The notes under the pieces were generated by a model. That model was not told the origin of the DNA. It was given only the letters and a program-made list of their open reading frames with translations, and ran no database searches. A stretch of 63,941 bases of DNA, counting the filler, from Craspedostauros australis (Eukaryota), in assembly GCA_030167865.1 (NCBI GenBank). It is 10 parts of 10 records of this genome, joined end to end, with 100 filler letters (N's around TTAATTAATTAA, not from the genome) between each part and the next. Parts side by side here need not be neighbours in the genome. Positions count along the whole stretch, not along the records: positions 1 to 3,027 come from JALAGF010006196.1; positions 3,128 to 6,545 come from JALAGF010006197.1; positions 6,646 to 31,981 come from JALAGF010006198.1; 7 more parts are not named here. One strand, written 5' to 3'. Positions 1-10,619 of this stretch are shown one piece after another (positions within the stretch are counted from its first letter, which is position 1; every line of letters starts with the position of its first letter). Made by a program: the position numbers and the translations under genes.

Positions 1-632
1 GTATGCAGGTCTGGGGGTTGGTGGCGGATTGGTGGGGACAGGTGGCAGATGGGTGGGGACAGGTGCCGCGACGTGCGCATGGATTGGTGGGGCGGACGGA
101 CGGGCAGTTGTCCCAACTTCGGTTTCGCCGGTTGGTGGGGAGGCGTACGCCAAACGAGAGAATGTGTCCATCGTTTGCTTCGCGTCTTCGGGTTTCTGGG
201 TTGATACTTTTGCGATGGTGTTGTCGAATTGTTGTTTGTATTGTACGGCATTAGCGACAAGATCAGAAACGTTCGGAGAGTTTTTGGTGTCCATTCGCAC
301 TGGATAACGGGTTAGTAACGGTTTCAAATTTGTTCNNNNNNNNNNNATGTGTCTGGTTCACAAACACGCAGTGACGTACCAGCTTTGGCTTCTTTCCTGG
401 CGCGACTTCTTTTCACGGAATTGCGCAAATTGCGCAGGTTGCGAGCAAAGTTGCGCCTTGACAAGAACGCCAAGTCGCCGTTCTCGCTCCAAACGAGTCT
501 TGCGGGCTTATCCATGGGGATGACACCGCTCTCGAGCTGTGCCCTGAGTTGGCGGATCTGCGGGTACAGCGACTCGTTCCATGCGACCCCATCGGGACTG
601 TCCTGTTTCTCCGTAGCAGCTTTTCTTGGCAT
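1..632 (-). CDS. Two-exon hypothetical protein, runs off the window start; N-terminal basic helical domain seen in diatom repeat-associated proteins, Pro-rich tail
   Basis: ATG at 632 (MPRKAATEKQ...RNFARNLRNLRNSVKRSRARKEAKA). Phase-1 intron 379-300 with GTACGT donor, TACTAAC branch point (317-311) and CAG acceptor. Exon 2 (299-1) stays open: VRMDTKNSPNVSDLVANAVQYKQQFDNT...PVPTHLPPVPTNPPPTPRPAY. Confidence 0.6.
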
Positions 633-1160
633 GTTGCAGTGGCACTTACTGTTGAATGGCGGATCAGCAACAAGTACACGTCTGTCAATGTCGACTCCAA
701 GGCGATTATGAGATGAGACTGCATCTTGACTTCGTTGCATTCCGCAGAGTAGAGGTTGCCGCGCGTGATCAACATGCCGCTTGTGACGTGCAGCATCCGT
801 GCTTGAGAGGATGAGGGAGCCATCAATCAACGTGTCGCAGCGTGGTAACAGTCAACGCGAAACATCGGCAGGAGAAACACTGTACAAAACACGTGTGGTG
901 TAGAGCTCTACTCTGCCCATTTAGTTTCCAACGCATGCTGTTTGCCTGGTCGATCCCACGTTCAGTATGGCTTGCTCTAGCTGTACTTAGAATGAATGTA
1001 TGCATCTACTATATATATATGTTACTATTAGCATCTTATACTATATCCCTAGGCATATAAGTGTATACCTACCGTTAGTCTAGACTCAACGCTCAACGTA
1101 CGCAAAAGGANNNNNNNNNNNNNNNNNNNNNNNNNNNNNNNNNNNNNNNNNNNNNNNNNN

Positions 1161-1647
1161 ATGTGTCTGGTTCACAAACACGCAGTGACGTACCAGCTTT
1201 TGCTTCTTTCTTGGCGCGACTTCGTTTCACAGAATTGCGCAGATTACGCAGGTTCCGAGCAAAGTTGCGCTTCGACAAGAACGCCAAGTCGCCGTTTTCG
1301 CTCCAGACGAGTCTCGCGGGCTTATCCATGGGGATGACACCGCTCTCGAGCTGTGCCCTGAGTTCGCGGATCTGCGGGTACAGTGACTCGTTCCATGCGA
1401 CCCCATCGGGACTGTCCTGTTTCTCCGNNNNNNNNNNNNNNNNNNNNNNNNNNNNNNNNNNNNNNNNNNNNNNNNNNNNNNNNNNNNNNNNNNNNNNNNN
1501 NNNNNNNNNNNNNNNNNNNNNNNNNNNNNNNNNNNNNNNNNNNNNNNNNNNNNNNNNNNNNNNGCAGAGTAGAGGTTGCCGCGCGTGATCAACATGCGGC
1601 TTGTGATGTGCAGCATCCGTGTTTGAGAGGATGAGGGAGCCATCAAT
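1161..1647 (-). repeat. Diverged second copy of 347-827 (exon 1 and upstream region of the gene above)
   Basis: Colinear with 347-827 with scattered substitutions; the translated exon differs only conservatively (Q/E, R/K). Confidence 0.75.
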
Positions 1648-1950
1648 AGAGGACTTTCGCATTCTGTTCCCCCAGTCCCGAGCAGTCCCACGAGGGAGTC
1701 ATAACCTGATAGAGACACTTTTCAGGGGGCGGGATGCGAACTTCCCCCTCGGCGAGCAGAATATCATTCTGTTNNNNNNNNNNNNNNNNNNNNATATTCT
1801 GTTCCCACAGTCCCGGCAAAAGATACCAATTCCAGGCGCAAACCAACAACAGCCATTCATTTTGTTTTACTTCCAAAGTTTTGGTCGTGGTTGTCGTTGA
1901 CTTTTTGTTCAGATTTAGTGCCAATTCACGAATCTGGCCGAATCCAAACG
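1648..1950. mobile_element. Probable left end of a PHIS-type (Pangu-like) DNA transposon; right end not found
   Basis: Copy 2 departs from copy 1 exactly after AAT (1645-1647) and continues AGAGGACTTTCGCA, 11/14 identical to the TIR AGAGAATTCTCGCA of the 50715-51494 element. End coordinate is approximate. Confidence 0.45.
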
Positions 1951-3027
1951 AGCAAGTTCACTAACCAGGTCGTTTGGGTGCCTGGCACGATGATTGGATG
2001 ACTGAAACGGTCGGCGTATCACTGCGACAGCATTGAAAATGTTAGTTTAGCCACGAAGTGTACACATCAACCATTTCCCTGTTGGACAGCGTAGAGTACT
2101 CTAGTTTATGATGTTGTCGATGAATCCTGTTGAGCAGAGGGTCGAATCAGCTATTATCGATTGCATGCTGACATCGCCATTGGCATGTACCAACCTTGGA
2201 ATGGTCTACATCCAACTGCAAGGAGTTTCAGACTACATGTAGTCCATTCCTGCGATACCGTTTGGTCACTGTGTGTGCTGTGTTGGTCATATGTGCATAC
2301 AAAAGGTCAAGCATACTTGATTGTAACAACCCCACCACTCCAAGCACACTCCATGGGGTACNNNNNNNNNNNNNNNNNNNNNNNNNNNNNNNNNNNNNNN
2401 NNNNNNNNNNNACTCCATGGGGTACAGCCACGAAGTTTGAGGTCTTGGATCCTTCTGGAAGGTACTCATACCGATGGATCTGGATATCATGGCGTTTTGT
2501 GCGTGGCAGCACTGTGAGCTACGCATCAAACGACATCTTGATCTGTAGATGTAAGTCCTTCCCACATGGATCTATCACTTTGAACTCAATATTCGTACAC
2601 TTTGGAGGAGATTCGGAGTCATCGAAGTGTTGGATTGGAGTATGATTGACATTTTGTATGCACACATGCTCAGAACGTTGTACAGCGCAATGCGTATCGT
2701 TCAGTNNNNNNNNNNNNNNNNNNNNNNNNNNNNNNNNNNNNNNNNNNNNNNNNNNNNNNNNNNNNNNNNNNNNNNNNNNNTTTTGGAGTGTGCTTGGAGT
2801 TGTCCAGTTGATTGGATCTCTGAAAACGGCCTGTGCAATGCATTGGTATGCATAATGCTGTACAAGGTGATGCGTACCATGCAGTCTCGTCCAACGAAGT
2901 ACTGCGTGATATCCGCATCCATATATTTCGATAACTTCCAGATGGATCTAACACTGCAGGCTCCATGGCCGTACTCTTGGGAGTGTGCTTGGAGTGGTGC
3001 GGTTGGTATCAATCTACATTGGTTGAA
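1950..3027. repeat. Dispersed repeat family shared with 33480-33850 and with the ~181-bp unit array at 34500-36503
   Basis: Shared blocks AAGTTCACTAACCAGGTCGTTT, TTAGCCACGAA and ACATGTAGTCCATTCCTGC, plus GGATCCWTCTGGAAG units in both orientations. Confidence 0.7.
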
Positions 3028-3071
3028 NNNNNNNNNNNNNNNNNNNNNNNNNNNNNNNNNNNNNNNNNNNN

Positions 3072-3083
3072 TTAATTAATTAA
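3072..3083. other. Artificial scaffold linker TTAATTAATTAA
   Basis: 12-mer with stops in all six frames, embedded in N runs; recurs nine times. Confidence 0.97.
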
Positions 3084-3127
3084 NNNNNNNNNNNNNNNNN
3101 NNNNNNNNNNNNNNNNNNNNNNNNNNN

Positions 3128-6100
3128 CGTCCCTTCCGAATTCGTCGCCGTCATTATCGTTCGACTCATTTTTCCCATGGGTGGGGAGCAAGTCATCTTG
3201 CCCTCGCGCAGTGTCTTCTGTATCTTCTTTCTCTCCGGCTCTGCTGCTGCGATCTGCGTTGTCGGTCTCCATACCTTTGATGGTCTCCGATCGTCGCTCC
3301 CAAGNNNNNNNNNNNNNNNNAGTCTTCATACCCGATGTAGAGTCGTCATCTTCCAGATCTATCAATATTGATCTGTTGGCATTCTCGATACCTCTGAATT
3401 GCCCATATGACTGATTCATCCATGTCACGTCTCTCGTGATTAGGATCTTAGTTGTTGCGAGGTTCAGCATTCGATACACTCCCTTCGCGTGTGATTGGCC
3501 GTATCCAACGAACATAGCTGGTCTGGATCTGTCGTCCAGCTTCGCCTTTATCGTGCGGCCTCCGATGTACACCATGCCTATTTCCCCGAAAACGCGCAAC
3601 CCATCCACGTAAGTTGGGNNNNNNNNNNNNNNNNNNNNNNNNNNNNNNNNNNNNNNNNNNNNNNNNNNGAAAACGCGCAACCCATCCACGTAAGTTGGGA
3701 TCCGGTTATTGAACAGCACGCATGCTGGTTCTCTCGTTTTCGTCCCGATGATGTTCTCCAGTTGGGTAGCGGTTCTGGCCGCCTCGGCCCATAATTTTCC
3801 TCGTACATTTTTTGGCAGGTGCGTGTGATTGAGCATGGCTCGGACTTTCCCGTACAACGTGGCGAATTTTCTTTCCACGCGACCGTTCTGTTGCGGCNNN
3901 NNNNNNNNNNNNNNNNNNNNNNNNNNNNNNNNNNNNNNNNNNNNNNNCCGCAGAATAATTTTCTCCTGCGTTGTCACATCTGATAATTTTCACTCGTGTT
4001 TGCTGATTGGCATGGAGCCATTTAAGCAACAAAATCATTTTTGTTCCAACCTCACTCTTCTCCTTCAGGAAATAGGTCCAACAGTAGTCACTGTAGTCAT
4101 CGAGGACTAGGAGCCAATATTTTCCTTGTCCGTAGCTGTGTGTCTGGACACTTGATGTGTCAATGAACAGTCGATCACCAACCCCCTTCGCTCGTGATTG
4201 GAGTTTCTTCGTCATGGCCTTCTGCCTTTGTTTGCCATTGGCACAGTCCGCACATGCATGCAATTTGCCTGTGACATTCCAACCGTATCGTCCCGCTGTG
4301 CGAGAGATCGTGTAAGTGTCAACATGGCCTAACATTTTATGGATTTGGTTGACGTCCACCGCGGTCTGGGTGGACACGCCAACATTGGCTTGATCGNGNG
4401 GGTGAGGGGCGGTGATCATGTTAACACCGCTCACGAACCCACTGTGGGTAGCCATAAGCCGGTCAAACGTAATGCGTTGTCCGCGCTTCTCCAGGCTCAT
4501 CACAACTCCGTGGTTGCTGATGTTGAAGCCGCTCTCAAGTGCTTTGTTGATGCTGAGGAGGTTCACCCACAATTTGGGCACGAACTTCACGTGCTTGAGG
4601 AGGATGGTGGCGGTGGTACCGTTCTTCTACATTACCACCATGCGCTTGTCGCCCACCTTTGTTGCCTTGATGTAGCGACCGCTGCCGATCTTGATGGAGT
4701 GGTCGGCTACGCGNNNNNNNNNNNNNNNNNNNNNNNNNNNNNNNNNNNNNNNNNNNNNNNNNNNNNNNNNNNNNNNNNNNNNNNNNNNNNNNNNNNNNNN
4801 NNNNNNNNNNNNNNNNNNNNNNNNNNNNCCGTCGATGTCACCGATCACCATTGCCATGTCTGGTTGCGGGTTTCTCTCGCTGTAGATGGGGAGTTCAGGG
4901 AACGCATTTGGGCTGCGGACTCCGTAGTGACCTGCGTGGTATTTCCACATGATTTGGAGTGCTCCACGCGAGGCCAGGCTCCCGATGAGTCCATGGTGGA
5001 TGGCTGGCAACTGCTCCTTCTCCAGCCTTTCGTTGATANNNNNNNNNNNNNNNNNNNNNNNNNNNNNNNNNNNNNNNNNNNNNNNNNNNNNNNNNNNNNN
5101 NNNNNNNNNNNNNNNNNNNNNNNNNNNNNNNNNNNNNNNNNNNNNNNNNNNNNNNNNNNNNNNNNNNNNNNNNNNNNNNNNNNNNNNNNNNNNNNNNNNN
5201 NNNNTGGCGTTGCTCAATGAGTATCGCACTGCGAGTGCGAGGGACTCCTCCTTTGCGAGCATTGCGCGGCGTTCATCGCGTTCTTCGTGGGTTGTCGGTT
5301 TCACCACGTCCGTTCCTTCCGGTAGATCGATGAGGAAGGGCTGGTTTAGACAGTCGACGCAGTACGAGTAGATGTACCCTTGTTTGAAGCACAGTGGGCA
5401 CAATGCCCATCCTTGGTACATTGCGCGCCCTGCTGCTTCGATCGTCTTCTCGATGGGAGACTTGTTGGTGGAGAGCGAGAAGACAGNNNNNNNNNNNNNN
5501 NNNNNNNNNNNNNNNNNNNNNNNNNNNNNNNNNNNNAGTAGAGGGTGCGAGCATCCGCGCGATTGCGTCTGTCTCTCGAGTTGTATTCCTCCACTGTGTC
5601 GAGGCACAGCAAGGCAAGCTCGGAGCGCACACTGTCAGCCGGCATGGCGTTGCTCAATGAGTATCGCACTGCGAGTGCGAGGGACTCCTCCTTTGCGAGC
5701 ATTGCGCGGCGTTCATCNCGTTCTTCGTGGGTTGTCGGTTTCACCACGTCCGTTCCTTCCGGTAGATCGATGAGGAAGGGCTGGTTTAGACAATCGACGC
5801 AGTACGAGTAGATGTACCCTTGTTTGAAGCACAGTGGGCACGATGCCCATCCTTGGTACATTGCGCGCCCTGCTGCTTCGATCGTCTTCTCGATGGGAGA
5901 CTTGTTGGTGGAGAGCGAGAAGACAGGCTCTCTGCAGATGTCTTCTGCTCCGATCACCATGGCCACTTTGTTGGTAGACTCTTCTTCGGTGCTGACGAGG
6001 TCTTCATCGTAGATGACCTCGTCGAAGAATCCGTCGTCTTCGGTGGACTCGTTGTCGGACGGGAAGAGTTCGCGGTTGATGCGTTCGGCGGCGACCGCTG

Positions 6101-6545
6101 GTGGTCCGTAGTGACCATACACCCCTGGGTGGTGTGTCGCCCGCTCTTCCGCCGTCCACTCAGAGCCTTGGTTTGGCTCTTCGTTGCCTTGGTCGCCCAT
6201 CTCTTCGTCGGTGGACGTGAGGGCGAGGTCTTCGGTGGTCTCCTCTTCGGGAGGCATCATGGCGNNGTCGTTGCTCATGTTTTTCTTGATGTTCGCAATT
6301 TCTTGGGTTGTTACGAGTCTTGGGTTGGTCACATTTTTGACCTCTGTCGAATCGATTTCGAACTCGTTGGTGAGGAAGCACATCATCTCCGTGCTATCCA
6401 TGGACTTGTCGTCTTCGGGCAACCAGAAGGGCTCCTCGATCATGGCTAGGGCAACGTCGTCGGTCTTCTCGTCGGTAGGTAACCACATCTCCTCGTCAAC
6501 TTCAACGAAGGAGTCGTAGCCAGCCACATCGTCTTCGGTAGTCCG
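3128..6545 (-). mobile_element. Ty1/copia LTR retrotransposon fragment: acidic linker, C4 zinc motif, protease C-terminal part, GAG-pre-integrase, integrase; one premature stop
   Basis: HSIKIGSGRYIKATKVG (protease flap); HKMLGH...CADC; RLFIDTSS, VLDDYSDYCWTYFLKEKSEV, IIRCDNAGEN, PQQNGRVERKF, LWAEAA, KLDDRSRPAMFVGY. In-frame TAG at 4629-4627. 5205-5486 is duplicated at 5645-5926 across a gap. Confidence 0.9.
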
Positions 6546-6589
6546 NNNNNNNNNNNNNNNNNNNNNNNNNNNNNNNNNNNNNNNNNNNN

Positions 6590-6601
6590 TTAATTAATTA
6601 A
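6590..6601. other. Artificial scaffold linker
   Basis: TTAATTAATTAA in N run. Confidence 0.97.
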
Positions 6602-6645
6602 NNNNNNNNNNNNNNNNNNNNNNNNNNNNNNNNNNNNNNNNNNNN

Positions 6646-7471
6646 TGGTGGGCTTGCTGGTTGTGCCAAAGATGGATTCTTGGGAGACTTCAATCCATGC
6701 AGTCCTGTGGTCCCATGGACCGAAGGCGCTGAAGCCTGATCTCACCACCTGCACCGACTCTGACACCCACAGCCCGTCGATGACTCGATTAGATCGAGCA
6801 CGCACGCTGGTTGACACTCCTGGAGCGTTTGGATGTCGGCTGAGGATGGACTCCTGCATGTGCTGTCTTTGCATCATAGTCGCCACCTGGGATTGTATCA
6901 CCGGCATGTTGACGTCGCCGCCAACTATTATGGTTTCGCCTGCTTGTCGCCATTCTTGAAGCGCCGCCTCCAGGTCGTGGATGAGGAGTTCGATGGGCGA
7001 GCTATCATTCCCTTGCGATTCCAGCCACGACGCCTGTTGGTTGTACACTGTGCCTGCACTTTGTCCGCCTTTGACAGGAACGTACACGCTCACGAATCGA
7101 ACCGTGGAGTCCTGTCGTCCTCTGACTGCTATGCTTGACCACCTTCCTAGCCGGCGTGGGTCATTCTCCAGACTTTTGTACCGTCCGGTTACGTTCCCCA
7201 CGATTGTGCAAGCTGTTCCTCCCCATTGGCGTGTGCTCCCCAGCTTCTCCTTCTCATTGTATGCCAGCGCATGTCGTTCTGAGTGCATGTGTCGCTTTGC
7301 TCTTGTTTTCCATGAGTCGACCCTGCCCAGTTTCGACCAGTTGATGCCGATCTCCGTGAGCAAGGCAACGTCTATCTTCATTTGCTTCACCCACTGCCAC
7401 ATATCGTCATTCTTCCAATGTTTCGACTTGGCATGAAGGCATCCCACGTTGAGAGCAGGTATTCGTATCAT
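6646..7471 (-). CDS. LINE ORF2 N-terminus, apurinic/apyrimidinic-type endonuclease (cut by scaffold end)
   Basis: IRIPALNVGCL, LLTEIG, RFVSVYVP, IIVGGDVN, IDGLWVS, WDHRTAWIEV match EEP/APE catalytic motifs; first ATG at 7471. Confidence 0.9.
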
Positions 7472-7610
7472 AGTGCCACCCTTTGTTCGCGGTGAGTCGC
7501 CCCAATGCCGGTCGTGGAGGATCAGACCTTCCTGACTCCTTTCCTCCGGGTTTGCATCCGTTGGGCTTGCGAGGGTGGTTGGCAATGCTTCTCCTGCCCC
7601 CAGCCTCGCG

Positions 7611-10600
7611 TTAGTCTTGGTCCTCGCCCCTACCCTTGCTTGAGGCAGGTGGCGTGGCCGTGGACGCCNNNNNTTGGGCGCGCAGTGCCGCTATGATTGA
7701 CTCTTGGTTGAGGATCTTGTTCGATTGTTCTTGCACTCGAACTCGACTGGCCGCCAGCTCTTGGGCTTCCCTCGCCATTTTCATGGCCTCTTCGATCTCT
7801 GCTTCGATGTCATCTGCTTCTGTTTGGGATTCCGGAATGGTGTATCGTGATGAAGCTGCTGATTTGCCGTACTCTGTTCCAAAGGTTTTGAAACTCTCGT
7901 CCTCCAATCTGGCTTTCTTTCGTTTGGGGGATGCGTTGTCGCTCTCCATGAGGTTGAGACCCTCGATGACGACATTTCCAAACCCCTCGTCCAATAAGAA
8001 GTCCATTTCTTCTTCCGTCTCCACGTCCACATAGTCTCCACTGGCGTCCTTCATCATGGTGCTGCTCATCGCTACGATGTCTTCCGAGAACCATTTGTTC
8101 GTTGACTCGTTGATTTCCGTTGAACATCTGATGCCAATTGTGTGAATCAGTCCTACCGCCTGTGCAAATCGCTCCTCGAAGGCCACGATGTGAATCGCGT
8201 CTTCCTTGCCGTCCGCCATGTGAGTAGTGCTGACGTCGTGGATGAGCGGATTGCCTTCGCTGGTTTGCTGTGACAGGAATTCTCGCAGAGTGATGGTGCC
8301 CGTTTCCGGATCCTTGGTGTCCAACGCGAAATCTCCTTTGAGTTGCTCGTATTTCAGCCTACGCACGTAGTTCTGGTGTTTCCGAATCATGGCTTGCACC
8401 TTCATCGCCGTCTTCGCTCCCATGACTGATGTGCCAGGTTTGGGCACGTATCTGTAGTTGAGTCCTTTGCGATCGCCATCTTTGGTGTTGAAGATTTTTC
8501 CGAGGAGCTTCGATGCCCTGCGCGCGTCCTTGACGTCCGCGTGCAGATGGAGCGCCATCCACGGAGAGTTGTACCAACTTCCACCGTCTTGCAGGTGCTT
8601 CGTTTTTACTTCTTCCGATACCTTCCCCATGAATTTCACCCTGCCGCCCACTTTGAGCTTGGCTCTCTTCTCCTCCAGCAACTGGTTGATGATCCCAAGC
8701 GTTTGTTTTGCCTTGGTGAAGTTGCCCGAATATGCCATGAAGCCTATCTCTGTTGTGTGTTCGGCGTCCTTCAAATCCTGGATGTACGCGTACNNNNNNN
8801 NNNNNNNNNNNNNNNNNNNNNNNNNNNNNNNNNNNNNNNNNNNAAATCTCCTTTGAGTTGCTCGTATTTCAGCCTACGCACGTAGTTCTGGTGTTTCCGA
8901 ATCATGGCTTGCACCTTCATCGCCGTCTTCGCTCCCATGACTGATGTGCCAGGTTTGGGCACGTATCTGTAGTTGAGTCCTTTGCGATCGCCATCTTTGG
9001 TGTTGAAGATTTTTCCGAGGAGCTTCGATGCCCTGCGCGCGTCCTTGACGTCCGCGTGCAGATGGAGCGCCATCCACGGAGAGTTGTACCAACTTCCACC
9101 GTCTTGCAGGTGCTTCGTTTTTACTTCTTCCGATACCTTCCCCATGAATTTCACCCTGCCGCCCACTTTGAGCTTGGCTCTCTTCTCCTCCAGCAACTGG
9201 TTGATGATCCCAAGCGTTTGTTTNGCCTTGGTGAAGTTGCCCGAATATGCCATGAAGCCTATCTCTGTTGTGTGTTCGGCGTCCTTCAAATCCTGGATGT
9301 ACGCGTACTCTCCTTCGTGGTATGCTCCTTCAAGCTCTGTGTTCCAGCTCGTGAACACCTGCATTTCGATGTTCGAGGACATCAGGATCTGTAGGTATAC
9401 GTCTTTGCTTTTCGATGTCGGGTTGGCCCTGCCGATGTAGTATCTGAGATCTTTCCACATGGCTGGTATGTCGGCCTCAGTGATGATGCATCCCTTTGCC
9501 TTGTTCTTCTTGTACCACGGGCTTATGACGAGACTTTGATCCATACCTTTGGCTTCGTCGTACCACTGGCGAAAGCGCTCTTGGAAATCCCGAACTGGCG
9601 TTTTCGTGCCCTTGGGGATTTTGAGCCGCATTTCGAATCTTTCGTAGTATCGTCGTCTTGGGCTTGACATTTGGGGCTGCTTCTTCTGATGCTTGGTCCA
9701 TCCTTCGCCGTCTGCTTCTGGGTTAGCATTGCTCTCGTTTGCTGCCGGAGCTCGAGCTGTGCTGAGACTGCCATCCTTATCTCGCGGTGCTGGCGATGTG
9801 ATCTTGGTGTTCGTTGTGTAGGCTGTCAAATTGGCCTGCTTCAGAGGCTTCTTTGTTACCAACCCCATGAGGTCGTAGCTGTCGTCGTCGCTGTCCATCT
9901 TCATTGCCTCGTCCGCTGAGTCCACTTCAGGAGGGGGTTTCTCCGCCATGTATTGGCAACCCATGTAGGCTGTTGCTGCCGCCCACAGAATCGTCATCTG
10001 GTTGGCTATCATCGATTTGCCTCCTGGCTTGGCTTCGTCTGAGAAGCATTTGGCCGGATCTGTTAGTGACAGGTCCGCTACCAGTTGCTTGATCGCCTTT
10101 CTGTCTGGATCGTCCGACGGGACTTTGGATTTCCCCAACTTCGTGGTTCGCCCGTCCATCACTGTTTGGAAGAATATGGTCATGTCTTTGATGCTGGGCA
10201 TGGTTGCTGACACCATGGAAGTATCTGCCTTCTCCCACATGGCTTTCTTGATGAGAGCTTTCTTCACTTGNNNNNNNNNNNNNNNNNNNNNNNNNNNNNN
10301 NNNNNNNNNNNNNNNNNNNNGCTTTCTTCACTTGGTTGTGCATTGCGCGCCCGTCTTCGCCGTACTTCTCGCTGGACTCGAATCCCTTCGCTTGCTGTGC
10401 GATCACGTCGTTGAGTTTTTTCCACCGCGCCGCGTTCGGATCTCTCCATGTCGTCGCTACTTCTCCTCGTTTCTCCATCAATTCGTCTTCGTTGCTGCTC
10501 GGATTTGGCTTGGGAGGAGGCTTGGGTGTTGCGGTTTGCACCGCTGGCCCATGCACCTCCGACATCTCGACGTCGTCTGCTTTATCCTCCATGATTCTGA

Positions 10601-10619
10601 CTTGCTTTGTCACCTTCAT
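7611..10619 (-). CDS. LINE ORF1 protein, split by gaps and an assembly duplication
   Basis: ORFs 9927-10619, 8771-10267 and 7611-8774 join across N gaps; 8325-8793 is repeated at about 8844-9306. Lies directly upstream of the APE ORF and is similar to ORF1 of the second LINE. Confidence 0.75.

Noticed and set aside
20..100. GGTGGGGACAGG repeats resembling telomeric or G-quadruplex motifs
   Set aside because: Explained as Pro-rich PVPT codons of the minus-strand exon.
4627..4629. In-frame TAG as a possible read-through signal
   Set aside because: It lies within the protease region rather than at a gag/pol boundary; simplest explanation is a CAG-to-TAG mutation or a base error.
8325..9306. 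Tandem duplication inside LINE ORF1
   Set aside because: Essentially identical copies on either side of a 50-N gap: unmerged contig overlap.
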